DNA from: Gemmatimonadota bacterium
Lineage (GTDB): Bacteria > Gemmatimonadota > Gemmatimonadetes > Palauibacterales > Palauibacteraceae
Direction of reading: 5' to 3'
Assembly (NCBI GenBank): GCA_963666735.1
Contig: OY762926.1
Coordinates: 384,001 to 448,000, forward strand
Length of the DNA: 64,000 bases
Shown here: positions 29,927 through 39,559 of the stretch, piece after piece
Layout of the letters: the number at the start of each line of letters is the position of its first letter
Position numbering within the stretch: position 1 is the first letter of the stretch
Made by a program: the position numbers and the translations under genes
Notes under the pieces: generated by a model
What the model was told of the DNA's origin: nothing
The model's input: only the letters and a program-made list of their open reading frames with translations
Databases searched by the model: none

Positions 29927-30781
29927 ATGAAGATCGCACTCGTCCAGCAGTCAGCCGGACCCGACCGCACCCACAACCTCGAGCGGGCGCTCGACGCGAT
30001 GGGGCGCGCCGCGTCGGAGGGTGCCGGTCTCGTCGCGTTCCCCGAACTTGCGATCGACCGCTTCTTCCCGCAGCGGCCGGACGACCCCGGCGCCGCGGAG
30101 ATCGCGGAGCCGATCCCCGGCCCCACCTGCGACCGAATCGCCGCCCGCGCCGGCGAACTCGGACTCGTCACCGTGTTCAACCAGTACGAACTCGGGCCCG
30201 ACGGGGGATGCTACGACAGCACACCCGTCTTCGACGCGAACGGCTCGCTGCTCGGCGTGACGCGCATGATGCACATCACCGAGTACGCGTGCTTCCACGA
30301 GCAGCACTACTACGCGAAGGGCGACACGGACGCGCTCGTCTACGACACCGCCGTGGGACGGGTGGGCGTCGCGATCTGCTACGACCGCCACTATCCGGAG
30401 TACATGCGGCGGCTGGGGGAACAGGGGGCGCAGCTCGTCGTCATCCCGCAGGCCGGGGCGGTCGGAGAGTGGCCCGAAGGGTTGTTCGAAGCCGAGTTGC
30501 GCGTGGCGGCCTTCCAGAACGGCTACTTCGCCGCGCTGGCCAACCGGGTCGGCGCGGAGCCCCGCCTCACGTTTGCCGGAGAGTCCTTCGCCGTCGATCC
30601 CGAGGGCGTCGTCCTTGCACGGGCGCCGGAAGGGGAAGAGACGATTCTCTACGCCGACGTGGACCTCTCGCGGTGCGCGGCCTCCACCGCGCGGCGGCTG
30701 TTCTGGCGCGACCGGCGCCCGGACGTGTATGCACGGTGGACAGAGCGCCTCGCCACGGCGTCGGCCGTGCCCGGCCGCTGA
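29927..30781 (+). CDS. Carbon-nitrogen hydrolase (nitrilase/amidase superfamily)
   Basis: FPEL, ICYDRHYPE, NRVG.E motifs. Confidence 0.85.
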   Translation: MKIALVQQSAGPDRTHNLERALDAMGRAASEGAGLVAFPELAIDRFFPQRPDDPGAAEIAEPIPGPTCDRIAARAGELGLVTVFNQYELGPDGGCYDSTPVFDANGSLLGVTRMMHITEYACFHEQHYYAKGDTDALVYDTAVGRVGVAICYDRHYPEYMRRLGEQGAQLVVIPQAGAVGEWPEGLFEAELRVAAFQNGYFAALANRVGAEPRLTFAGESFAVDPEGVVLARAPEGEETILYADVDLSRCAASTARRLFWRDRRPDVYARWTERLATASAVPGR

Positions 30782-30810
30782 CTCAGGCCGTCCGCCGCCG
30801 GCTCCCGCTC

Positions 30811-31674
30811 GTGGAACTCCTCATCATCGTGGCCGTCCTCGTCGGCCTCATGGCCGTCGTTCGGCTCTTCATGCCCCGGATCGTCCCCTTCTTCGTCTTC
30901 TATCCGGAAACGCTCGAACCGCACGAGACCCACCCGCGGTACTGGGGATTCCCGCAGGCCACCGAGGTGCGCATCCCGACGGAGGACGCCGTCGAACTGC
31001 ACGCGTGGTGGTTTCCCGCGAACCCGCCGGAATCCAGGCGCGGGACCGCGATCTACTTCCACGGAAACGCCGGGCACCTGGGAGATCGCGGGGCGGTGGC
31101 CGCGGCGCTCTCGAACCTCGGACTCGACATCCTCCTGCCCGACTATCGAGGCTACGGAGCGAGCGGGGGGAAGCCCTCGGAGGAGGGACTCTACGCGGAC
31201 GCGAGAGCCGCATACCGCTGGCTGGTGGACCGGCGGGGCGCCGATCCGGAGCGGCTCCTTCCCCTGGGGAACTCTCTCGGAAGCTCCGTGGCGGCGGAAC
31301 TGGCGGTCACCCGCCCGGTGGCCGGCGTCGTTCTTCTCGGGCCGTTCACGGATACCCCGGCGATCGCCCGGCACCGCCTGTCCTGGCTCCCCGACTGGTA
31401 CCTGGACTGGCTGCACAACCGCTTCGACACGCTGGACCGGGCGCCCCGCATCGAGGTGCCGACGTTCGTCGCCGCCGGCGAGGAGGACCAGGTCATTCCA
31501 CCCGGACAGAGCCGCGAGGTCTTCGAGGCGCTGCGGGGACCGCGCCGCTGGCTCGAGATTCCGGGGGCGGGGCACAACGACATCTTCTCGCACGAGTTGC
31601 TGTGGCGAGAATTGCACCGCTTCACCCGGGACATACTGGTTGGTGAGCCGCCCGAACGGCGACCGGAGCCCTGA
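30811..31674 (+). CDS. Membrane-anchored alpha/beta hydrolase (ABHD-type)
   Basis: FHGNAG, DYRGYG, GNSLG nucleophile elbow, AGHND. Confidence 0.85.
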   Translation: MELLIIVAVLVGLMAVVRLFMPRIVPFFVFYPETLEPHETHPRYWGFPQATEVRIPTEDAVELHAWWFPANPPESRRGTAIYFHGNAGHLGDRGAVAAALSNLGLDILLPDYRGYGASGGKPSEEGLYADARAAYRWLVDRRGADPERLLPLGNSLGSSVAAELAVTRPVAGVVLLGPFTDTPAIARHRLSWLPDWYLDWLHNRFDTLDRAPRIEVPTFVAAGEEDQVIPPGQSREVFEALRGPRRWLEIPGAGHNDIFSHELLWRELHRFTRDILVGEPPERRPEP

Positions 31675-31686
31675 ACCGTCCGCTAG

Positions 31687-33331
31687 GAGCCTGCGCCGTA
31701 GAAACCGATGGTGCGGCGCGTTTCGGGTGGTTATGGTGATGGCGTGCTGTGACGGGTTCAAGTTCGGCGCGGGGAGTTGGCGATGAGTGCGAGGTCTCTA
31801 CCGTACGATCCGGAGAGGATGCGGACGAGGTTCCGCCCGTACGATCCGGACCAGCGGTTGCTGCTGCCGCAGGATCTTCGCGAGTGGGTGCCGGCGGGGC
31901 ATCTGGCGCACCACGTGAGCGATCTGGTGGACGCGCTGGACCTGTCGGCGTTCTACGCGCGGTACGAGGGGGACGGACGCCGTCGGAGCCCGTACGATCC
32001 GCGGATGATGGTGAAGGTTCTGCTGTACGGTTACGCGACGGGGGTGTTCTCGTCTCGGAAGCTGGCGCGGAAGCTGGAGGAGGACGTGCCGCTCAGGATG
32101 CTGGCGGCGGGGAACTTTCCGGCGCACCGGACGCTGTGCGAGTTCCGGAAGAAGAACCTGAGGGCGTTCGGTGCGTTGTTCGCCGAGGCGGTGCTTCTGG
32201 CGCGGGAGCTGGGTCTGGCGGGGCTGGGCCGGGTGGCGGTGGACGGGACGAAGGTTCGGGCGAACGCGAGCAAGCGGAAGGCGATGAGCTACGGGCGGAT
32301 GGGTCCGGAGGAGGCGCGCCTGGAGGCGGAGATCGCGGAGTTGCTGGCGCGTGCGGAGGCGGCCGACGCGGAGGAGGACGAGCGGCACGGGGAGGACGTT
32401 CGGGGCGACGAGCTGCCGGAGGAGCTGAAGCGGCGGGAGGACCGGCTGGCGGCGATCCGGGCGGCGCGGGCTCGTCTGGAGGCGGAGGCGCGGGAGCGCG
32501 ACGACGCGCGGGGCCGGGAGCCGGAGTGGGACCGCAACCCGAAGGGGGGGTCGCCGTACAAGCTGGCCTACGGGGAGCCGGAGGCGGACTCGCAGACGAA
32601 CTTCACGGATCCGGAGAGCCGGATCATGCGGACGAGCACGGAGGGCTACCAGCAGTGCTACAACGCGCAGGCGGTGGTCGACGGCGAGAGCCAGCTGGTG
32701 CTGGGGGCGGAGGTGACCGACAACGCGAGCGACCAGGGGCAGCTGGTGGAGCGGGTGGACGAGGTGTCCGGGCGGTTGGGGGAGACGCCGGGCGAGGTGC
32801 TGGCCGACGCGGGCTACTCGAACGAGGAGGATCTGGCGGCTCTGGATGCGCGGGGGATCGACGGCTACGTGGCGCTGGGCCGGGAGGGCAAGGGGGCCGG
32901 CAAGCCCGACCCGAAGAAGCTCCCGGCGACGGCGCGCATGGCGAAGAAGCTGGAGACTCCCCAAGGCCGGGCGGTGTATGCCAAGCGCAAGTGGATCGCC
33001 GAAGCGCCCATCGGGTGGGTCAAGGAGGCGATGGGGTTCAGGAGGTTCAGCCTCAGGGGCTTGGAGAACGTGCGCGGCGAGTGGGATCTGGTGTGTCTGG
33101 CGCTCAACGCGCGGCGCCTCCACGTCCTTCGGGCCGCGTGAGGGGCGAAATCTTCGCGCCGGAGGGCCTCCGGGGCCCGAAACGCGGCCGGATCCACCCG
33201 GAAACGGCGCCGGCGCGGCGGCTTCGCCCGCGCGACGGCGGCTCCCGCCGACAACCGGCGCCCCTCAGCCTCCGGGCGGCCGCGCTTCCCGGGATCCGCC
33301 GCCCTTCGCGACCGTTCTACCGCGCAAGCTC
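31687..33331 (+). mobile_element. Complete IS1182-family insertion sequence
   Basis: IRL GAGCCTGCGCCGTAGAA versus IRR revcomp GAGCTTGCGCGGTAGAA (15/17); CTAG duplicated at 31683-31686 and 33332-33335. Confidence 0.9.
31783..33141 (+). CDS. IS1182 family DDE transposase
   Basis: PYDPRMM.K.LLYGY, SSRKL, VDGTK..ANAS, TDPESR.M, YNAQ, ADAGY, R....E..IG.VK motifs. Confidence 0.92.
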   Translation: MSARSLPYDPERMRTRFRPYDPDQRLLLPQDLREWVPAGHLAHHVSDLVDALDLSAFYARYEGDGRRRSPYDPRMMVKVLLYGYATGVFSSRKLARKLEEDVPLRMLAAGNFPAHRTLCEFRKKNLRAFGALFAEAVLLARELGLAGLGRVAVDGTKVRANASKRKAMSYGRMGPEEARLEAEIAELLARAEAADAEEDERHGEDVRGDELPEELKRREDRLAAIRAARARLEAEARERDDARGREPEWDRNPKGGSPYKLAYGEPEADSQTNFTDPESRIMRTSTEGYQQCYNAQAVVDGESQLVLGAEVTDNASDQGQLVERVDEVSGRLGETPGEVLADAGYSNEEDLAALDARGIDGYVALGREGKGAGKPDPKKLPATARMAKKLETPQGRAVYAKRKWIAEAPIGWVKEAMGFRRFSLRGLENVRGEWDLVCLALNARRLHVLRAA

Positions 33332-33652
33332 CTAGGGTCGAACGAGCGCCGCGCCGCTCGCCTCGGCCGCCTCGCGGAGTCGGCGGTCAAGAGAGGCGAG
33401 GGGCAGCGAGCGGCGCAGGGAGGTTTCGACGTAGGCGGCGTCGTACACGGACAGCCGGTGCCTTCTGGCAAGGTCGAGGATGAGGCGGTCGTCGTGAGCC
33501 TCGTAGGCCCGCGTGCGCTCATTCTCTTCCACGGGCACCAATCGGGCGATGGGACGGCCGTGCCTCGTGATCGTCACGCTCTCTCCCTCCATCACGCGTC
33601 GCAACAACCGGGGCAGGTGGGTCTTGGCTTCGTAAGCACCGACGCTGTCCAT
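33332..33652 (-). pseudogene. Fusion of a Phd/YefM antitoxin N-terminus to a VapC/PIN toxin C-terminus (collapsed TA module)
   Basis: MDSVGAYEAKTHLPRLL...ITRHGRPIARLVP joined in frame to LARRHRLSVYDAAY...LPLASLDRRL. Confidence 0.7.
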
Positions 33653-33751
33653 CGAACTCTCTCGCAGCAAATCATTCAGACCAGATGATACAACCAGTCT
33701 AATTCTAAGCTGGGGATCACCTGTTGCAAAGCGCGCAATGCCGTCTCGACC

Positions 33752-34444
33752 TCAGGCCGGGGACAGGAGCCACGCTGCTGCTGCTGCGAGGTCGGGCGCG
33801 ACGTGCACCGGGTCGGCATCGTCCGGCCGGGGTTCGCCCTTGCGGTTGACCCACAGCACGGGAACCCTGAGCGATGTCGCGGGCGCCACGTCGTGGAAGA
33901 GGCTCTGCGCCACGTGCAGCCAGCGGTCGAAGCCGGCGGCCCACTCCCGCCCCCGCTCGAAGTGCGGGGCGGCCGGCTTGTAGCTGCGAAGCCTCTGCGC
34001 GGTGCCGAGACGGCCGAACTCGACCTCGAAGTGCTTCAGCGTCGCCGCGAGCAGGTCATCGTCGATGTTCGAGAGGATGCCGAGCGTGACGCCCGCCGCG
34101 GCGAGGCGTGAGAGCGCCGGATTCGTGTCGGGAAAGGGCTGCCAGGAAGGGATGCTGGCGGGGACGCCGGCCGCAGCCTCCTCCGACGTATCCCACCCGT
34201 TCGTGCGCGCGACTTCCACCGAGGTCTCGGTAAGCAACTGCCGGTAGGGGCGGTACTCGCTCGTCTTCAGGCGGTTCTGTGCCGCGTGGAATTCGCCCAG
34301 AAGCGCCTCGTCCTCGACCGCGGCCGCCTCGGTATACGCGGCCCGGAGCGCCGCGAGAATCTCGCCCTCCCAGTCGATCAGCGTGCCGTAACAGTCGAAC
34401 GTGAGAAGGGTGCCCCGGCCCGCCGTCCCCTCGAAACTCTGCAT
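33752..34444 (-). CDS. HAD family hydrolase (haloacid dehalogenase type II-like)
   Basis: FDCYGTLIDWE, LSNID, YKP, HVAQSLFHD motifs. Confidence 0.85.
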   Translation of the reverse strand: MQSFEGTAGRGTLLTFDCYGTLIDWEGEILAALRAAYTEAAAVEDEALLGEFHAAQNRLKTSEYRPYRQLLTETSVEVARTNGWDTSEEAAAGVPASIPSWQPFPDTNPALSRLAAAGVTLGILSNIDDDLLAATLKHFEVEFGRLGTAQRLRSYKPAAPHFERGREWAAGFDRWLHVAQSLFHDVAPATSLRVPVLWVNRKGEPRPDDADPVHVAPDLAAAAAWLLSPA

Positions 34445-34475
34445 GTTCTCCCTCGAAACTGCTATGTTCCCGCTT

Positions 34476-35501
34476 ATGTCGGCCGGCGAGATCTTATCGG
34501 GCGTGGCGGGGGGTGGCCACCGGAGACCCAGCGGGGCTTCGCCGCGTCCCGCCAACCCCTTCGCGGGAGGTGGTCTCGACCGCGCGACCCACCTGCGCGC
34601 CGATTCCCGGTGGATCTCCGGCCGGGTGTCCGATCCGTCCTCCCGCGTCGTCCCCGTGTGGCGCTCGCGCAGCCTCGTATGCCAAAGGGCGGGGGAAATC
34701 GGGGCGGAAGCGGACGGCATGTGCTACGACCCCGTACTCCTCCCGCCCGCAGCGGCGGCCTCCGTTTCGGAATCGCCGAAGGATTGGATCTTTCTCGGGC
34801 TCGACAGCGGGCCGGACGCGGGTCGCGCACTGTTCGCCGCAGACGTATTCGGAGAACGGGCGGAGGGGAATCCCCCTTCCGGCGGCCCGTTCGACGGGGC
34901 GGGGGAGTTCCTCGATCTACGCGGCGTGGGAGCCATGCTGGGGCAGCGCGAGGGCTCCCTCCTGGCGTACGCTCGCGCGCTCCTCACCTGGAGTCGCGGG
35001 CACCGCTTCTGCGGAGCCTGCGGATCCCCGGCCCGGCCCGGCCAGGGAGGTCATGTGCGGCGGTGCTCGAGCGAAGCGTGCGGAACCGAGAATTTCCCCC
35101 GCACGGACCCGGCCATCATCGTCCTCGTGACCGATGGCGATCGCTGCCTGCTCGGGCGGAAGGACATCTGGCCGGAGGGTGTCTACTCCACGCTGGCCGG
35201 ATTCGTGGAGCCGGGAGAGAGCCTCTCCGAAGCGGTGGTGCGCGAGGTGCGCGAGGAATCCGGGATCGAGGTGGGCGCCGTGCGCTATCGATCGTCGCAG
35301 CCCTGGCCCTTCCCGGCGTCGCTGATGCTCGGCTTTCGAGCCGAGCGTACGGGGGGCGAACTCAGCGTGGCGCGGCAGGAACTCGCCGACGCGCGCTGGT
35401 TCGAGCGTACCGATTTCGCTCGCCGCCGCGAGACCGGCCTCCGGCTCCCGGGCCGCGTCTCGATTTCGCGCCGCCTGATCGAGGACTGGCTCGCCGGATA
35501 G
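34476..35501 (+). CDS. nudC: NAD(+)/NADH diphosphatase (start uncertain)
   Basis: FCGACG...C....C Zn ribbon; FPRTDPA; Nudix box GFVEPGESLSEAVVREVREE; SQPWPFP signature. Confidence 0.92.
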   Translation: MSAGEILSGVAGGGHRRPSGASPRPANPFAGGGLDRATHLRADSRWISGRVSDPSSRVVPVWRSRSLVCQRAGEIGAEADGMCYDPVLLPPAAAASVSESPKDWIFLGLDSGPDAGRALFAADVFGERAEGNPPSGGPFDGAGEFLDLRGVGAMLGQREGSLLAYARALLTWSRGHRFCGACGSPARPGQGGHVRRCSSEACGTENFPRTDPAIIVLVTDGDRCLLGRKDIWPEGVYSTLAGFVEPGESLSEAVVREVREESGIEVGAVRYRSSQPWPFPASLMLGFRAERTGGELSVARQELADARWFERTDFARRRETGLRLPGRVSISRRLIEDWLAG

Positions 35502-35529
35502 CGGCTGAACCGACGCGGTAGGAGGTTGG

Positions 35530-36801
35530 ATGCGACAGAGCGCGGGATGCCTCATCCTCTCGGCCCTGGTCCTCGCAGGGTTCGGGTGCCGGGACGCAGT
35601 TCGGGAGCGGGACGGCCTTGATTCCGGGGCGGATACCCCGGCCACTTCGACGCTCGATTCCGCAGGGGCGGCGATCGTCCGGATCGCCGGCCTTCAAGAG
35701 TTGGCTCTGCCGGGACTGAGCAGACGGCCGCTCTACTCCACCTTGGAAGAGGTCGATCTCCACCAGGTGGCGGGCGCTGTGTTCCTTCCGGATTCGTCGC
35801 TCGCCATCGCGAACAGGGGGTCGTCTCAGGTCCTTCTCCTCGATCCACTGGGAAGCATTCTGGAACGGGCAGGCCGCGAGGGAGAGGGGCCGGGAGAGTA
35901 TGTCGACATCGCGTGGATCGGAGTCGGCGCGGACGGCATGCTTGCCGTGTTCGACCGTCGCCTGCGGCGCTTCACCTTCCTGGACGCGCGGGGAAGCGTG
36001 ACCGGAATCCGGCGTATCGACGTGACCGAGGCTCTTGTCCCGCTGGCCGGCCTCGCGAGCGGAGAGTTTCTCGCGGTGGTCGAGACGCGCCCTTTCCGTC
36101 CCTTGGGGTTCCAGCGAGGCCCACTCTTTCTTGTCGTCGTTGACCAGGCGGGCGCGGTAGTGGACACGCTGGGGCGGTGGGCCGGCAAGGAGCGCTACGT
36201 AACGCCCGACCGGATGATCGGGGTCGGGTTCGCCGCCACGGCGCTCTATGCGGGACGCGGCCCCTATTCGGTACTCGCCACGACGGACTCGCTCGACGTT
36301 GCCCTGTACGAAGCAGCGACACCGCTGACGCGGATCCGCGGCAGCCATTCGCCCCGCCCGGTCACGTCCCGGGAAAAGGAGGCCTGGACCGAACTCGTTC
36401 TCGACCTCTACCCGGAATCGGTGCGCCCGGCTCAGCGACGAACGCTGGAGCAGTCGAGGGTGCGGGACACCTATCCAGCCTTCGGCGCGCTGAGGGTGTC
36501 CGCCGATGGGGCGATTTGGCTCGGAGCCTACACCGGACTCGACGATGCGGAGCGCAGCTGGACGGTCCTTCGGCGCGATGGGGTCCCGCTCGGTCGCCTC
36601 GGGCTTCCCGTTTACCGTCCGGAGCTACTGAAGGTCCGAGAGAGCGGCATCACCGGCTGGGCTCCGGTCGAGCTTGAGACGACGATCCCCAGCGCCAGCC
36701 ACGAGCTGCTCGACGTGGCCGCGGACCGCATCGCCGTCCTCCGCACGAGCGAGCTCGGTGAAGAGTTCATCGAGGTGTACGAGGTCGAGTTGCCGCGATA
36801 G
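35530..36801 (+). CDS. 6-bladed beta-propeller-like lipoprotein
   Basis: Lipobox GFGC; GREGEGPGEY motif shared with the 12288 paralog; GGAGG RBS. Confidence 0.65.
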   Translation: MRQSAGCLILSALVLAGFGCRDAVRERDGLDSGADTPATSTLDSAGAAIVRIAGLQELALPGLSRRPLYSTLEEVDLHQVAGAVFLPDSSLAIANRGSSQVLLLDPLGSILERAGREGEGPGEYVDIAWIGVGADGMLAVFDRRLRRFTFLDARGSVTGIRRIDVTEALVPLAGLASGEFLAVVETRPFRPLGFQRGPLFLVVVDQAGAVVDTLGRWAGKERYVTPDRMIGVGFAATALYAGRGPYSVLATTDSLDVALYEAATPLTRIRGSHSPRPVTSREKEAWTELVLDLYPESVRPAQRRTLEQSRVRDTYPAFGALRVSADGAIWLGAYTGLDDAERSWTVLRRDGVPLGRLGLPVYRPELLKVRESGITGWAPVELETTIPSASHELLDVAADRIAVLRTSELGEEFIEVYEVELPR

Positions 36802-36916
36802 CGGGGGCGCGGGCCGGACGCGCTACCGGACCGTGGGGCCGGGTCTTCAACGTGCCCGCCGGAACGTTCCGGATCTCAAGTTTTTCGAATCATCCGAATC
36901 AGGAGCTCCACGCCGC

Positions 36917-37342
36917 ATGACGAACGACTCGACCTTGCCCGCCCCGATCGAACGGACGATCGAACTCGACGCCTCGCCCGCCCGCGTGTGGGTGGCGCTC
37001 GCCGACCCCGATGGGCTGGCCTCGTGGTTCCCGGACCGGGTGGAGGGACTCGCGCCGGAAGAGGGGGCGACGGGCTGGCTGGTGTGGGACCAACACGGGC
37101 GGTACGCGATCGCCGTCGAGTGGATGGAGGCGGGGCGGCGACTCGTGTGGCGCTGGGCCCGGAAGCCGGAGACCCCGCTCGAGGGCGGCTACAACACGAC
37201 GGTGGAGTGGACGCTCAGCGAACGCGCGGGCGGCGGGACGATCCTGCGCCTGGTCGAGAGCGGCTTCCGGACCGAGAGCGACCGCCAGGACAACGTCGGC
37301 GGCTGGGAGCACGAACTCGGCGAACTCGCCGACCACCTATGA
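36917..37342 (+). CDS. SRPBCC/AHA1 domain protein
   Basis: ASPARVW.AL....LASWF and T.V..TL....GGT.LRL.ESG...GW patterns. Confidence 0.85.
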   Translation: MTNDSTLPAPIERTIELDASPARVWVALADPDGLASWFPDRVEGLAPEEGATGWLVWDQHGRYAIAVEWMEAGRRLVWRWARKPETPLEGGYNTTVEWTLSERAGGGTILRLVESGFRTESDRQDNVGGWEHELGELADHL

Positions 37343-38485
37343 CTTCGGGATGTCCTTGCCGGGATCCACGAAGGGCCGGGGCACGACCGTCGCATCGCGT
37401 TCTCCGTCGGGCGTCGTCACGCTGAGGCGCGTGCCCATCTCGCCGGAGGCGGCGGGCACGAGGGCGTAGCCGATGTTCCGCCCGAGACGCGGCGAGTGGA
37501 CGGCGGAAGTGACGAAGCCGATCTCCTCTCCGTCCCGGCGCACCGGCCAGCGGTCCATGTTCAGATCGAGCGGGGCGCCCGATATCTCGATTCCGGCCAG
37601 GAGCCGCCGCGGCCCCTCCTCGGCGATCCGGGCCAGCGCGTCGCGGCCGATGAAGTCGCCCGCCTGGTCGAAATCGACCTGCCAGCCGAGCCCGACCTCC
37701 CAGGGGTTCGTGTCCAGCGTCATGTCGATGCCGTAGTTGAGGATGCCGGCTTCGATGCGGCGGATGTCCGACGGACCGGTGGGTGAGATGCCCAGGTCGT
37801 GTCCCGCCTCCATCACCCGGTCCCAGAGTTCGACCCCCCGGCTCCCGTCCCTGAGGTAGATCTCGTAGCCGACCTCGCCGCTCCACCCCGTGCGGGTCAC
37901 GACCACGGGGATGCCGTCCACGTCCGTTTCGAGGAACCAGTAGTAGCGGAGCCTGAGGACGTCCTCCCCGAACAGCCGGCGCACGACCTCCTTCGACTTC
38001 GGGCCCTGCACCTGAATCGGCGACACATCCGGCTCGCAGATCTCGACATCGAGGCCGGCGTTGAGCGCGATGCCCTTCGCGTACAGCAGCACGTCGCTGT
38101 CCGCGAGCGCGAGCCAGAAATGGTTCTCGGCCAGGCGCAGCAGCACGGGGTCGTTCACGATGCCGCCGTCCTCGGCGCCGATGATCACGTATTTGCCCTG
38201 CCCGACGGCGCACTTCGACAGGTCCCTGGGCGTGAGCAGGTTCGTGAACTCGAAGGCGTCCGGCCCCGTGATCTCCACCTGCCGCTCGACGCTCACGTCC
38301 CACACCGTGACGCCGGTAAGGAGCTTCTCGTACTCCGCGTGCAGGTCGTCGTAGCGGGTGGGGAGAAACATGTGGTTGTAGACCGTGTAGCTCCGGCATC
38401 CGTCGCGGAGGGTGGCCTCGAAGTAGGGCGAGCGGCGGAGCCGGGCCCCGCGCTGGATCAAGGCCATGTCGAAGGTCTCGGTCAT
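37337..38485 (-). CDS. GcvT-family aminomethyltransferase, DmdA (DMSP demethylase)-like
   Basis: YTVYNHMFLP, WDVSVERQVE, TPRDL, NDPV, RTGWSGE.GYE, RRIEAG. Confidence 0.8.
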   Translation of the reverse strand: MTETFDMALIQRGARLRRSPYFEATLRDGCRSYTVYNHMFLPTRYDDLHAEYEKLLTGVTVWDVSVERQVEITGPDAFEFTNLLTPRDLSKCAVGQGKYVIIGAEDGGIVNDPVLLRLAENHFWLALADSDVLLYAKGIALNAGLDVEICEPDVSPIQVQGPKSKEVVRRLFGEDVLRLRYYWFLETDVDGIPVVVTRTGWSGEVGYEIYLRDGSRGVELWDRVMEAGHDLGISPTGPSDIRRIEAGILNYGIDMTLDTNPWEVGLGWQVDFDQAGDFIGRDALARIAEEGPRRLLAGIEISGAPLDLNMDRWPVRRDGEEIGFVTSAVHSPRLGRNIGYALVPAASGEMGTRLSVTTPDGERDATVVPRPFVDPGKDIPKS

Positions 38486-38690
38486 GAGGTTCCTCTCCGG
38501 TCTACAGGTTGGGTGTCACGGGACGGAATCGGTCCCGGCGAATGCCGCAGCGTAACGCCGCAGCGCAAGGTGCGCGGATCATATGCGCCGACCCGAACGG
38601 ACGGCCAGTCCATGGGCTCTTGCTCGCGAACGACGCAGCCTGTACCCGGAAGTGATGGGTAGGCCAGCTCTTGCCGTCGGGACACAAGAA

Positions 38691-39548
38691 ATGAATCCTC
38701 GCACGAACAACCTTGCCGGCGTGGACAACGTCATCCCCCGTCCGGGGATGCTGGCCACCGTGCGGAAACGACGCGGCACAGTGACGTCGGTATCTCCGTT
38801 CGACGGCGAGACGGGACGGCTACACCTCGTTCATCTCGAATACCGCGACGGCGGCTCACCGTCCGACGAGCGTCTGCTGTGGGAACTCGAGCCACGCAAG
38901 ACCCTCCTTGAGCCGACCGCATTGCCGGACGCTTCCCGCTCCGATCCCATGCCTCCGGCCGATTTCGACGCTCTGCTACGGGCCGCGCGATGGACCGCGC
39001 TGTCGCCGTACCTGGGCCTTGACGGCAACGGTCGCGAGGAGGGCAAAGGGATAGGAGCTTTCCTTGCCCAGAACGGCGGCGAAGGCTGGTTGCTTCCCGA
39101 AACCCTTCGCTTGGCCGATTACGGACTGGGCCATGACGACCGCGCTCAGCACCATCAGCCCGTCGCCAGCCGTCTCGGTCCACGATTCTGCGATTGGCAG
39201 CTCGCCCAGAGCGCCGAGGAGGATCGACGAGAGTGCCACCTGCATGCGCGCAACCTTCTGGGCCGGGTCGAGTACGTTCAGCTTCTCGGCCGGTTGGTCG
39301 GGCACCGCAGACGGCACGGACAGGGGCACCACGATCTCCTCTTCAACGGGTTTACGCACGACTTGATCGGCGACACTTCGTCGATCGATGGCAAGGAGTT
39401 CGGCTACTCCGAGGCGGACCAGATTTTCGAGGAAGAAGGAGCGGCTCGGCGCGTCGCCGAAGCGGGTCCGGGCTACTCGACCGCGCCCTTCCGCAGGCCG
39501 GGTCAGACCGAGATGTTCCCAAGGTCTCAGACCGAGCCTCCCCTGTAG
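38691..39548 (+). pseudogene. In-frame chimera: DrmD-like SNF2 helicase N-terminus joined to the C-terminus of a large DNA adenine methyltransferase
   Basis: PRPGMLATVR...LWELEP...FDALLRAARW resembles a DrmD N-terminus; it switches near 39025 to GEGWLLPETLRLADYGLGHDDRA...ECHLHARNLLG; no Walker A/B and no NPPY-type motif. Confidence 0.6.
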
Positions 39549-39559
39549 AAGGCAGGACC

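Noticed and set aside
38486..38690. Possible riboswitch upstream of the GcvT/DmdA-like gene
   Set aside because: No glycine, SAM or THF riboswitch consensus recognisable by eye; an Rfam/Infernal scan would be needed
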